The translations under genes were made by a program, and so were the position numbers. From NCBI GenBank assembly GCA_963708135.1, contig OY970192.1, positions 3,680,001 to 3,744,000 of the forward strand: a DNA stretch of 64,000 nucleotides. The letters are read 5' to 3'. Positions 25,630 through 36,223 of the stretch are shown in pieces. The notes under the pieces were generated by a model that worked only from the letters and a program-made list of their open reading frames with translations, was not told the origin of the DNA and did not search any database. Source of the DNA: an uncultured Gemmatimonadales bacterium. Lineage in GTDB: Bacteria > Gemmatimonadota > Gemmatimonadetes > Longimicrobiales > RSA9. Numbering within the stretch: position 1 is the stretch's first letter; each line of letters begins with the position of its first letter.

Positions 25630-26994
25630 TCAGCCGAGGCCGTACTTCTCGAGGCGGTAGCGGAGCGTGTCGCGCGAGAGGCCGAGCAGCCTCGCGGCGC
25701 TGGTCTTGTTGCCGCCGGCGCGCTCGAGGGCCTGGCAGATCAGCTCGCGCTCGAGATCGTCGAGGCTCACGCCGGCGGCGGGCAGCACGAACGCGTGGCC
25801 GCTCGGGGTGGAGGAGCCGAGGATCTCCGGCGGGAGCTGCTCCAGCTGCACGGTGCCGTCGTCCTCGAGGAGCGCGATGCGTTCGAGGACGTTGCGAAGC
25901 TGCCGACCGTTGCCGGGCCACGGGTAGGCCTCGAGGGCCGCCATGGCGGGCGGCGAGATCGCGCGTGGTGGCTGGCGCATCTCGCGGCAGAGGATCTCGA
26001 GGAAGTGCGCGGCGAGGGGAGCGATGTCCTCCGGGCGCTCGCGCAGCGGCGGCAGCTCGATGCTGACCACGTTGAGGCGGTAGTAGAGGTCCTCCCTGAA
26101 GTCGCCCCTGGAGACCGCCGTCTCGAGATCGCGGTTGGTGGCGGCGATGACCTGCACGTCCACCTCGGTGTCGCGCACGCCGCCGACGCGCCGGAAGGAA
26201 TGGCTCTCGAGGAAGCCGAGCAGCTTGGCCTGCGCGGCGCGCGGCATGTCGCCGATCTCGTCGAGGAAGATGGTGCCGTTGTCGGCCAGCTCGAAGAGCC
26301 CCTTCTTGGGCTCGCGCGCGTCGGTGAAGGCGCCCGCCTCGTGGCCGAACAGCTCACTCTCGACCAGCATCTCGGGCAGCGCCGTGCAGTTGACGGCAAG
26401 GAAGGGGCGGCCGTGGCGCGGCCCGCGGGCGTGGATGGCGTGGGCGACGACGTCCTTCCCCGTCCCGCTCTCGCCGCGGATCAGCACGTTGGTCGGCGTG
26501 CCCCTGAGCGCGAGCCGAAGGACGAGCTCGGCGGTCTTCTTCATGGCGAAGGAGCGGCCGACGAGCGTGACGTCGGAGAACTGCCAGCGGTAGCCCTCGC
26601 GGTACTGCTCGAGCTCGTGGTGCAGGCGCCGTGTCTCGAGGGCCTGCTCGATCAGCAGGAGCAGCGCCGGCAGCTGGATCGGCTTCTCCAGGAAGTGGTG
26701 CGCGCCGGCCCGCACGGCGGCGACGGCGGTCTCCACCTCGCCGTAGGCCGTGATCATGATGACGGGAAGGCCGGCGTCGCGCTGCCTGATCCGGCCGAGC
26801 AGCTCGATGCCAGAGGCGTCCGGCAGGCGCAGGTCGAGCAGCACGAGGTCGGCAGGCGCGCGCTCGAGCGCCGCGACCAGCTCGGCGCCGTCGGCCACCG
26901 CCTCCGCCTCGTAGCCCACCTCGGCCAGGTGCTCCTGTAGCCAGAGCCGAATCAGCAGCTCGTCGTCGCAGATCAGGATGCGTTCCCGCGCCAT
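25630..26994 (-). CDS. Sigma54-dependent response regulator (AtoC/ZraR-like)
   Basis: Receiver domain, GESGTGKD, GAFTDA, FLDEIG, HTH. Confidence 0.95.
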   Translation of the reverse strand: MARERILICDDELLIRLWLQEHLAEVGYEAEAVADGAELVAALERAPADLVLLDLRLPDASGIELLGRIRQRDAGLPVIMITAYGEVETAVAAVRAGAHHFLEKPIQLPALLLLIEQALETRRLHHELEQYREGYRWQFSDVTLVGRSFAMKKTAELVLRLALRGTPTNVLIRGESGTGKDVVAHAIHARGPRHGRPFLAVNCTALPEMLVESELFGHEAGAFTDAREPKKGLFELADNGTIFLDEIGDMPRAAQAKLLGFLESHSFRRVGGVRDTEVDVQVIAATNRDLETAVSRGDFREDLYYRLNVVSIELPPLRERPEDIAPLAAHFLEILCREMRQPPRAISPPAMAALEAYPWPGNGRQLRNVLERIALLEDDGTVQLEQLPPEILGSSTPSGHAFVLPAAGVSLDDLERELICQALERAGGNKTSAARLLGLSRDTLRYRLEKYGLG

Positions 26995-28847
26995 TACCCT
27001 CGCTCCCCCCTGCCGGCGGCCGTGGCCGAACCGCCGAGCGGCAGCCGCACGATGAAGGTGGAGCCGCGCCCCAGGGCGCTCTCGACGCGGATGTTGCCGC
27101 CGTGCCGCTCCACGATCTCGTGGGTGATGGAAAGGCCCAGCCCGGTGCCGCTGTGGCGGGTCGTGAAGAACGGCCGGAAGACGTGCGGCAGGGTGTCCGA
27201 CGCGATGCCGCGCCCGGTGTCGGCGACCCGGTACTCGAGCGCGCCGTCCGCGGCCCTCGTCGACAGACGGACCTCGCCGCCGGCGGGTGTCGCCTGCACC
27301 GCGTTCATGAGCAGGTTGACCAGCGCCTGGCGCAGCATCTCCTCGTCGCCGGACAGCTCGGGCAGTCCCTCGCCGCAGTCCACGTCCAGGCGCACGCCGG
27401 CGTGCTCGGCGGCCGGCTGCACGAGCCGGGCGGCGCGCTCCGCCACGCGCCCCGGCGCCAGCGGTGCCAGCGCCGGCTGCGCGGGGCGCGCGAAGCTGAG
27501 CAGATCGCGCACGGCCGCCTCCATGCGCTGCAGCTGCCGCCCCATCTCGTCCATGATCGGCGCCACGGAAGCATCCTCCCCGGTCCGCCGCCTCACGAGG
27601 TCGAGCCCGTTGGATATGCCGACGAGCGGATTCTTGATCTCGTGGGCGACGCCGCTCGCCAGCTCCCCCACCGTGGCCAGCTGTTCGGCCCGCGCGATGT
27701 CGCGCCGGTGCAGCTCCTCCACACGCGCGGAGCTCTCCGCGAGCGCGGACGCCATCTCGTTGAAGGCCCGCTGAAGGGTGCCGATCTCATCCTGCTCGCG
27801 CGCCTCGACGCGTGCCGTCAGGTCCCCCCGCCCCAGCCGCCGCGCCGCATCCACCAGCCGCCCCACCGGAGCCACGACTCCGGCCGCGACCGCCCACGCG
27901 GCCACCGCCACCAGCAGCACCAGCAGCGCTTCGGCCAGCCCCGAGAGCCGGCCCAGCGTCCGCAGCGGACCGAGCGCGTCCTCCTGCGGAACCTCGAGGA
28001 TGTAGCGCCACGGAAGCCCCGGCACCCTCGTCGCCGCGACCATCATGCGCGTACCGTCCGGCCCGGTGTAGCGCAGCGGCGCGCCGCCCGGCCGCGCATT
28101 CAGCACTCCCGCCGGCAGCGGCCCGGCCCGCGCCGGCGGCAGGGGACCCGCCATGAAGATGGGCCGGCCCGCCGCGTCCACGACCACGCTCTCCAGCGGA
28201 CCCGAGAGCGGCGGCGCGATGTCCAGGAACGGAGCGAAGCGATGCGCCGCCACCACGCCCACCAGGAACGCCACGAACTGGCCCTCGCGACCCTGCAGCG
28301 GCACCATGAGCCGGAAACGGTCCTCCCCGCCCGCCGTGTTGACCACCTCGAAGGCGGGCGGCTCTCCCGACGGCGGCTGCTCGGACAGCGACGCCTCCAC
28401 GGGACCCGTCGCGGCAAGCACCCGCCCGGTCAGCGATTGCAGGTAGAGGAGATCGAACGAGGGCAGCCGCTCCAGCTTCGTGCGGAGGTGCCACACCACG
28501 GTGGCGCTGTCCGCCACCTGTCCCATCACGCCCGCCGGCTTGCCCTCGAGCCGCAGCGCCCCGGAGCCCAGGAACTCGTTGCCGGCCGCCAGCATCTGCA
28601 GCTCGAGCAGGTGACGGTCCACCTGGTCCCGCACGTGCCGCGCGCCCGCCCGCCCCAGCTCCGCCAGATAGCGCGACACCAGACCCTGGATGATCCGCTG
28701 GCTCTGGTAGTACCCGACGCCGTTCGAGATCACCAGCGGCAGGAGCGAGAAGACGAGCAGCCACGCCAGCAGCCGCCAGCGAAGGCGCCCGCGCAGCCCC
28801 GCGCGGACGACGCTCCCAGCCACTCTCAGCCTCGGCGACGGCACCAT
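26994..28847 (-). CDS. Sensor histidine kinase (Cache-like, HAMP, HisKA, HATPase)
   Basis: Two TMs, VAHEIKNPL, GTGLGL; stop overlaps regulator start. Confidence 0.9.
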   Translation of the reverse strand: MVPSPRLRVAGSVVRAGLRGRLRWRLLAWLLVFSLLPLVISNGVGYYQSQRIIQGLVSRYLAELGRAGARHVRDQVDRHLLELQMLAAGNEFLGSGALRLEGKPAGVMGQVADSATVVWHLRTKLERLPSFDLLYLQSLTGRVLAATGPVEASLSEQPPSGEPPAFEVVNTAGGEDRFRLMVPLQGREGQFVAFLVGVVAAHRFAPFLDIAPPLSGPLESVVVDAAGRPIFMAGPLPPARAGPLPAGVLNARPGGAPLRYTGPDGTRMMVAATRVPGLPWRYILEVPQEDALGPLRTLGRLSGLAEALLVLLVAVAAWAVAAGVVAPVGRLVDAARRLGRGDLTARVEAREQDEIGTLQRAFNEMASALAESSARVEELHRRDIARAEQLATVGELASGVAHEIKNPLVGISNGLDLVRRRTGEDASVAPIMDEMGRQLQRMEAAVRDLLSFARPAQPALAPLAPGRVAERAARLVQPAAEHAGVRLDVDCGEGLPELSGDEEMLRQALVNLLMNAVQATPAGGEVRLSTRAADGALEYRVADTGRGIASDTLPHVFRPFFTTRHSGTGLGLSITHEIVERHGGNIRVESALGRGSTFIVRLPLGGSATAAGRGERG

Positions 28848-29102
28848 TGCCCTTCCTCGACCCCTCGCCCGCAGCCCGCGGCGACTCCGCGGCCCACCGG
28901 ACGACGCTGCCCCGGAATATAGCGCGCGGACGGGCAAGACCGCCCGCCTCTCGTGGGGGCCACCCCTCCGGCGGGAGCGGGGCTTTTCCCCCTGCGTCCC
29001 GCGCCCGATCGGGGCAAATGGCCCACCCGGCGTCTCCCGACGGATGGGGTGGTGCAGCGCGCAGGTCGTTGCCTGCCAAGCCGTTGCGGCGGATGAACGG
29101 CG

Positions 29103-29119
29103 CCGGCTCGGGGCTTGCC
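29103..29119 (+). promoter_or_regulatory. Possible sigma54 -24/-12 promoter
   Basis: CCGGCTCGGGGCTTGCC: GG 29105-06, 10 nt, GC 29117-18; divergent from a sigma54 two-component system. Confidence 0.45.
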
Positions 29120-29485
29120 TTGAATGAAGCAACCGCCACCGGCACCCGCACCCGGCGGCGGTCTCCGGCCGGCATGCTGGAGACCGCCTTCATCGCCGGG
29201 CACCGGGAGTGCCGGGGCGAGCATACCGCCGGATCGACTTCAGCGCCTGGCCGGCCGCTCCTCCGGGAGCGCCGGAGCATCTCTTCGGCAGCGAGGCCCC
29301 GCCTGATTCGGGGCGGGCTTTCAGTCATACATATCGGGATTCCGAGCTGGGCTCCAGGCATACGGGCGGCCGTCCGCAGGTGGCGGTCGCGCCATACGCG
29401 CGGATTCGGATCCCCTCGCTCCGCCCACGCCGCGCCGCCGGCCTCCGCCGGGGCTCCGGCACGGGCCAAGGCCGTGGAGGCTGCC

Positions 29486-30166
29486 ATGAGCACGATGACC
29501 CGGGATCTGCCGCAGTCCGCGCCGCACGCCATCGGCCGGACCCGTCTGCTGGTCGGGAGCTGGACGGCCGCGGGCGGGGTGGCGGGCGGGTTGTTCGTGA
29601 CCACGCTGGTGCTGCTCGGCGACATGCACCCGGACGACGTGATGCTGCTCCTGACGGCGCTCCTGGTCGCCGTAGGCGCCGGCCTGGGGACGGTGCACGG
29701 CGCCGTGCTGGCGTGGCTGAGCCACCCGCCCAGGGAGGCGCCGCGCCCGGGCGGGCTGCTGTGGGATGCCGGGAGCGCCGCGGCAGGATTCACGGCGGCA
29801 CTGGTCATCTCGCTCTGGATCACGATGAGCGCGGCACTGCTGAGCGCGGGGATTGCGCTCGCCTGGCTGGGCGCGCTGACGGGGATCCCCGTCGCGGTCC
29901 TGCTCTGCCTGTGGGCGGCGGTAGTGGGCTGGGACGCGCTCCGGGCGGCCTACGGGCGCTGGCCGGAGCACCGACTCGGGTCCGTGCTGCTGGTCTCGGC
30001 CCTCGCGATCGTCACGGCGACCCTGCTCGCGCTGCGGCCGACGCTGCACTCGATGCACGTGGACATCTCGCCCCCGGTCGCGATCATGCTCGCCTGCCTG
30101 GCCACGCTCTGGGTGGCGGCGCCGGCGATCGTCGTGGCGCTCCACTACGGGCACTGGAGGCGCTGA
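29486..30166 (+). CDS. Hypothetical multi-pass membrane protein
   Basis: About six hydrophobic segments; GGAGG RBS before ATG 29486. Confidence 0.75.
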   Translation: MSTMTRDLPQSAPHAIGRTRLLVGSWTAAGGVAGGLFVTTLVLLGDMHPDDVMLLLTALLVAVGAGLGTVHGAVLAWLSHPPREAPRPGGLLWDAGSAAAGFTAALVISLWITMSAALLSAGIALAWLGALTGIPVAVLLCLWAAVVGWDALRAAYGRWPEHRLGSVLLVSALAIVTATLLALRPTLHSMHVDISPPVAIMLACLATLWVAAPAIVVALHYGHWRR

Positions 30167-30212
30167 CGCCGGGCGCCCGCCTGGCGGCGGCACCCGCCGG
30201 GCAGCGATGGCG

Positions 30213-30252
30213 GAACGGGCAGGGGGTCGATGGATCGACTCCCTGCCCGTTC
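30213..30252. terminator. Long hairpin between convergent genes (bidirectional terminator candidate)
   Basis: GAACGGGCAGGGGGTCGA-TGGA-TCGACTCCCTGCCCGTTC. Confidence 0.6.
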
Positions 30253-30279
30253 ATATTCAGCCGAGGCGGCCGCGGCGGC

Positions 30280-32824
30280 TCATGAGTTCGGGTCGAGGAT
30301 CTCCTTCACCCGGTGCTCCGCGCCCATGAGGTGGTAGCGGGTCTCCTGGTCGGCGGCGCGGCCAATGGCGCGGTGGAGGTCCGCCTGGAGGGCGATGAGG
30401 GAGCCGCGTACCTGGGCCTTGGCCTCATCGTTCAGCGGCTCGGCGTGGCGGAACCCCGGGAATCGGGCGGGCGCCTGCGTCGCCTGCTCCTTGGGGTTGA
30501 GCTTGCCATCGAGCAGCGAGAGGTACTCCATTCTGGAGCCCGCGGCGGTAGGGATCGATGCGGACGCTGCCGTCGGCGAGCTCGGTCCAGATGCCGCGAC
30601 GGATGCCGTCCAGCAGGTCGGCCAGGGTGTAGCTCCTGCCCCCATCGAGCGCCTCGGTGTCCAGCAGCCGGTTCATGCGCTCGTCGTTCAGGAGGCTGGA
30701 GAGCACCCGGCCCTGCGCCCGATTGATGCGCGCGATCATGGCGTCCGGCTCGATGCGCCGCTCGATCTCCGGCCGGACCAGGTAGGTCGGCGTGCGGAAC
30801 ACGTTGTCATCGAGGAAGCGGACCGCGGCCGCCTGCCGCGCCGCGGGGATCGGCGTGTAGACGGCGCCCTTCTGGCTGCCGGACTTGTACTGGACGGAAG
30901 CGCCGCCGACGAGGGTGGTGACGTGGCTCGCCTCGGTGGCCCACTGGCCGACGGTGCGGTCGTAGATCTCCTGCAGGTCCTCGTTGTCCTCGCCCGGGCG
31001 GATGGCCGCCTCCTCGACGTAGCCGATGACGCGCCGGATGTTCCGGAAGCCGAGGCCTGTGGACTGCACGGGGTCGGCGTCGCCGACCGCCTCGGTGAGA
31101 GTGCCGTAGCCGCCGAAGGCGTTGCTGGCCGAGAAGCGGTACCAGGGGACGGTGTCCTGGATGGCGGCCCACTTCTCGAGGGTGGCTCGCTCGGCGTCGG
31201 GGGTCGAGGCGCCGGGGATCGGCTTGTAGCCCCACATGATGGCGTAGCGGTCGTAGGGGCCGATGCGGGGGATGATGTCCGAGATGGCAATGCCATCGCC
31301 GGGCTGCGCGACGTAGTTGAAGCGCGAGTAGTCCATGATGCTCGGCGAGTGGCCCATGCGGTGGACCCACGTGGGGCTGCGCACGCTGTCGGCCGGATAG
31401 GTGGAGCTGCCGAGCTGGTCGTGCTGGAGGCCGATCGTGTGGCCGATCTCGTGGGCCACCACGAACTCGAGCAGCCGACCCATGAGCGAGTCCGGCATCG
31501 GGAAGCTGCGGGCGCGCGGATCGAGCTGCGCGGCCTGCGTGAAGTACCAGTCGCGCTGCAGGTTCAGCACGTTCTGGAAGATGCGGACGGAGCCGTTCAG
31601 GATCTCGCCCGTGCGCGGATCGCTGACGTGCGGGCCGACCGCGTTCTCGACCGTGGACGGCAGCCAGCGGATCATGGTGTGGCGGATGTCCTCCGGCGAC
31701 CAGTCCGGGTCGTTCGCGGGCGGGTCCCTGGCGACGATTGCGTCCTTGAACCCCGCCGCCTCGAACGCCGGCTGCCAGTCCGTGATGGCCTTGCGGATCC
31801 ACGGCTTCCAGACATCGGGGGTGGCCGGGTCAACGTAGTAGACGAGCGGCTTCTTCGGCACGCACAGCTCGCCCACCCGCTGGTCCGAGCACTCGAGCCG
31901 GTAGCGGGTGATGTACTGCCGCTGCGCCGCCCGCTGCTCCGCCCCGAAGTCCACCTGCCGGATCGAGAAGAAGCCGACCCGCTCATCGAAGCGCCGCGGC
32001 ATCATCGGCTGCTCCGGGAGCCGCACGATGCTCCAGTGCGCGAGCACGCTCTGCGCCGGCTCGCTCCGGCCACCCGGCCGGGCCGGCGCGCCGCGGCCCG
32101 CGCCGTTCTGGGCCGGCGTTCCCGTCTGGGTCGCCTCGACCTCGATGTTGTCGGGGAACGCAAGCGCCCGCTCGACGTAGGAGCGCTTCTCGTCGATGTT
32201 GCCGCGGATCGCCTCGATCTGCGGCACCGACGTCGTGAACAGCTTCGTCACCTCGACGACCACCGAGCTGTCCGGCCCCCAGGCGTCCACCGGCAGCACC
32301 GCCACCACCGGAGGGTAGTTGGCGTTCTCCACCGCCCGGTACACCGGCAGCGCCGTATCCGCCGTGATGGCGTACGACGGCGAGCGCAGGATCACCCGCT
32401 CGCCGTCCAGATCCCAGCGCAGCGTCGCCTCACCGAACTGGTCGCCGCCGTAGCTGCCGAAGCGGCCGCCGCCGCTCGGGTCGTTCGGGTCCTCCGCCGC
32501 CGCGCGCGCGTACCGGCCCACCAGCAGCATGTCCCTGCCGAGCTCCGCCCGCGGGATCTCGAAGTAGAGCTTCTCTCCCACCTGGTGCACCACGAACATG
32601 CCGCGGTGCGTCTTGGCCTCACGGGTGATCACCGTGGCGTACGGCCGCGGGTGCGCCTCCACGGGGCCGCCGCCGCGGCGGGCGCCGGCCTCGCCGGCCG
32701 CCTGCGGGCCGGCCGCCCCCGCGCGGGCACCGGGGCGGGGAGTGGGAGTGGGCGCGGCAGGATGGTGCGCGCAGGAGGCCGCCAGCAGCACGGCCGGGAC
32801 GATGGCCAGGGTTCGCTTGATCAT
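30280..32824 (-). CDS. Zinc-dependent metalloprotease lipoprotein (DUF5118/DUF5117/DUF4953 architecture), +1 frameshift near 30531
   Basis: Lipobox [22 protein letters not shown] Met-turn; tail [11 protein letters not shown]...TRYHL...ILDP in the next frame. Confidence 0.85.
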
Positions 32825-33221
32825 GGCTTCGTGGGTCGGTGGGACGGGACGAGTCGCGCACCGCCGGGCGGGCGCCCGGACCGAGCTCCGGTGCGCGGGG
32901 GACGACGCAATATGGATCTGCCGCTGCCGCTGTGGCAAGAATATGCATCAGTTGGCCGCGAAGAGCCTTGACGAGAGGAGGCGCTCCGGCCATCATTGGC
33001 CGTACTTCCTCCTGATCACGACCCGCCGGTGATCCCCGCCCGCATGCCCGGGTCCCGGTGTTTGTTCAGTAGCCGTATCTCCTGAAATTCGGCGATTCGC
33101 TGGCCCCGCCGCGCGCGAGCGCGTGGAGGGTCATGTTCGCAATTCACTACCGCGCCTGCCCGGAAGACGGTGCCCGGTCCGGGCGGAGCTTCACCCCCCC
33201 ATCCAACAGGAGAAGCGGCCA

Positions 33222-36203
33222 ATGAGTCTGCGAAGGTTGCTCCGGCCGGCCCTGCTGACCCTCGTGCTTCCTGCCGCGCTGGCCGCGCAGCAGGCGACGG
33301 TCATCACGGGGACGGTCCGGACCCGCACGTCGGAGCCCGTACGTGGCGCGTACGTGGCGCTCCCGGCGCTGAACATCGCGACGGTGACGAACGACGCCGG
33401 ATTCTACCGGCTCGTCGTCCCGGCTTCCCGGCTCACCGGCGCCGGCCCGCAGACGATCCACGTGCAGAGCATCGGCTACCGGCCGGTGGACATGCCGATC
33501 ACCCTGCAGGCGGGTGACATGCGGCAGGACGTGTCGATGACGGAGGAGGCGGTGCAGCTCCAGCAGGTGGTGGTGACGGGGACGGCGGGGCGGCAGGAGC
33601 AGCGGGCACAGGCGGCCAAGGTGGACAAGCTGGACGCCACGCGGATCACGCAGGTCGCGCCGATCATCAACACGCAGGCGATCCTCCAGTCGCGGGTGCC
33701 GGGGGTGACGGTCTCGCAGGGCTCGGGCTCCTCGGGCACGGCGGCGCGGATCCACATCCGGGGCATCTCCTCGATCTCGCTGTCGAACGATCCGCTGATC
33801 TTCATCGACGGCGTGCGGGCGGACAGCCGCGAGGGCACGTCGAGCTCCAACGGCGCGCAGGTGTACAGCGTGCTCGGGCAGGGGGTCAGCCGGCTGAACG
33901 ACATCTCGCCGGAGGACATCGAGTCGATCGAAGTCGTGAAGGGCCCGGCGGCCGCCACGCTGTACGGCGCGGACGCGTCGGCGGGCGTGATCAACATCAT
34001 CACGAAGCACGGCCGCTCGGGCGCGGGCTTCAACCAGGACATCTCGGTCGAGTACGGGCGGCTGACCACGAATTACTCGCCTCCGGCGAACTACGCGGTG
34101 TGCAGCGGCAGCGCGCTGAACCACCTGGCCTGCCAGGGCAAGCCGGACGGCACGATCATCTCCGACAACCCGCTCGAGCGCTACAACGTGTTCACTCCCG
34201 GGCACAACGAGCTCATCTCCTACCAGCTCCGGGGGGGCGGCAACAACTACAACATGTTCGTGTCGGCCGAGCACTCGAAGGAGGATGGCACGGTCCCGAA
34301 CAACCACGTGAACCACACCTCGGTACGGACGAACGCGGAGTTCTTCCCGGCCAAGAGCGTGCGCATCGAGTCCGGCTTCGGGCTGACGCGGACGAAGACG
34401 ATGCTGCCGAACAGCGACAACAGCATCTACGGCTTCGTGGCCGGCGGCATGCTGGGCAGCCCGACCTCGGTGGGCGAGCACGCGGACGGCTGGTACGCCG
34501 GGTTCGGGCAGAAGGAGGGGCGGGCGTCGCTGCAGAACATCGACGACGCGTGGCGGATCGAGCCGCGCGTGGCGATCAACTGGGCGACGAGCTCGCGGGT
34601 GAACCAGCGGCTCATCCTGGGCGGCGACCTGACGCGCACCGACGCCTCGCTGTTCTACCCGAAGAACGACCTGGCGTGGTTCGGGTCCGACCAGCTGAAC
34701 TCGGGCGAGATCAACCAGGCCCGGCAGAGCGATGACCACTGGACGATCGACTACCTGGCCACCGGCAACATGGACCTGACGAGCGCGCTGCGCGCGGACC
34801 TGTCGGTCGGGCTCCAGACCATCATCTACAACAGCGACGCCCTGTACACGACCGGCATCGGGCTGGTCTCCAACAGCGCCAACTCGGTCGGCGCGGCGTC
34901 GCAGCGCACGAGCGACGAGTCGATCACGAAGAACCGCTCCAACGGCTTCTTCAGCCAGCTCCAGCTCTCCGTGTGGGATCGCCTCTACCTGCAGGCGGCG
35001 GCGCGGCTGGACCGCAACTCCTCCTTCGGCACCAAGTCGCAGTACTTCCTCTCGCCACGCGTGGGCTTCAGCTACGTGATCTCGGAGGAGGACTTCTGGA
35101 AGAACGGCATCGGCCACCTGATCCCGACCATGCGCCTCCGCGCCGCGTATGGCACGACCGGCCGCTCGCCGACCGACGGCGCGCTCGCGCTCTACAACCC
35201 GACGCCGTACGCGCTCGTCTCGGGCGCGACACAGCCTGGAGTGGTCCCCTACGATCCGGGCAACGAGAACCTGAAGCCGGAGCGGGGGACGGAGCTCGAG
35301 GCCGGGCTCGAAGCGGGGGCGCTGAACGACCGGCTGAGCCTCGACCTCACCTACTTCGACAAGACGACGTCGGACGCGATCCTGCGCCGCCCGATCGCGC
35401 CCTCCCTCGGGTTCAGCCAGAACCCGTACGTGAACATCGGCAAGATCGTGAACCGCGGCTTCGAGGTCGCGCTCACCGGGCGGATCCTGACGCTGGAGAA
35501 CGCGGGCCTGGAGTCCCGCCTCTCGCTGAACACGCTGCACAACGAGGTGACCTCGCTCGGCGGGATCGCGCCGTTCGGCACGCTGAACCGGGTGGAGGAG
35601 GGCTACCCGGTGAACGCCTGGTTCAGCTACCGGATCAAGAACGTGGACACGCAGGCGGGCCGCGTCACCGTGGGCGACTCGCTCGAGTTCGTGGGCAACA
35701 CGCTGCCCGGCTGGGAGGGCACCTTCAGCAGCACGCTCAATCTCTTCAAGCACCTGACGCTCTACGGCCTGGTGGACTTCCACGGCAACGTGCGCCGCTA
35801 CAACGGCAGCGGCCAGTTCCGCGAGCGGCAGTTCCGCAACGACGCCAACTTCATCGTGCCGGACAAGCTCTCGCCCGAGGAGCGGCTGCGCCGCTTCGGC
35901 CCGTTCTTCGACTCGAACGGCAATCCGGTCACGTTCGGCAACGTGAACGAGGCCTACATCGAGGACGGCTCCTACGCCCGCTTCCGCGAGGTCTCGGTGA
36001 GCTACCACCTGCCGGAGAGCCTCACGCGGCGCTTGATCCACATGCAGGACGCCACACTCTCGGTCGCGGGGCGCAACCTGGCCACCTGGACCAACTTCAC
36101 CGGGCTCGACCCGGAGACGGTGAACTACTTCGGCGACAACTACGAGTTCTTCACCATCCCCGCCGACAAGCGCTGGGTGGTCCGCCTGAACGTCCGCTAT
36201 TAA
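33222..36203 (+). CDS. SusC/RagA family TonB-linked outer membrane transporter
   Basis: N-terminal carboxypeptidase-regulatory-like domain; PLIFIDG, DIESIEVVKGPAAATLYGADASAGVINIITK; NLKPE. Confidence 0.93.
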   Translation: MSLRRLLRPALLTLVLPAALAAQQATVITGTVRTRTSEPVRGAYVALPALNIATVTNDAGFYRLVVPASRLTGAGPQTIHVQSIGYRPVDMPITLQAGDMRQDVSMTEEAVQLQQVVVTGTAGRQEQRAQAAKVDKLDATRITQVAPIINTQAILQSRVPGVTVSQGSGSSGTAARIHIRGISSISLSNDPLIFIDGVRADSREGTSSSNGAQVYSVLGQGVSRLNDISPEDIESIEVVKGPAAATLYGADASAGVINIITKHGRSGAGFNQDISVEYGRLTTNYSPPANYAVCSGSALNHLACQGKPDGTIISDNPLERYNVFTPGHNELISYQLRGGGNNYNMFVSAEHSKEDGTVPNNHVNHTSVRTNAEFFPAKSVRIESGFGLTRTKTMLPNSDNSIYGFVAGGMLGSPTSVGEHADGWYAGFGQKEGRASLQNIDDAWRIEPRVAINWATSSRVNQRLILGGDLTRTDASLFYPKNDLAWFGSDQLNSGEINQARQSDDHWTIDYLATGNMDLTSALRADLSVGLQTIIYNSDALYTTGIGLVSNSANSVGAASQRTSDESITKNRSNGFFSQLQLSVWDRLYLQAAARLDRNSSFGTKSQYFLSPRVGFSYVISEEDFWKNGIGHLIPTMRLRAAYGTTGRSPTDGALALYNPTPYALVSGATQPGVVPYDPGNENLKPERGTELEAGLEAGALNDRLSLDLTYFDKTTSDAILRRPIAPSLGFSQNPYVNIGKIVNRGFEVALTGRILTLENAGLESRLSLNTLHNEVTSLGGIAPFGTLNRVEEGYPVNAWFSYRIKNVDTQAGRVTVGDSLEFVGNTLPGWEGTFSSTLNLFKHLTLYGLVDFHGNVRRYNGSGQFRERQFRNDANFIVPDKLSPEERLRRFGPFFDSNGNPVTFGNVNEAYIEDGSYARFREVSVSYHLPESLTRRLIHMQDATLSVAGRNLATWTNFTGLDPETVNYFGDNYEFFTIPADKRWVVRLNVRY

Positions 36204-36223
36204 CCCGCGAGGAGAGTGATCTG

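Noticed and set aside
29455..29475. CCGGCACG as a sigma54 promoter just before 29486
   Set aside because: No GC at the required -12 spacing and too close to the RBS
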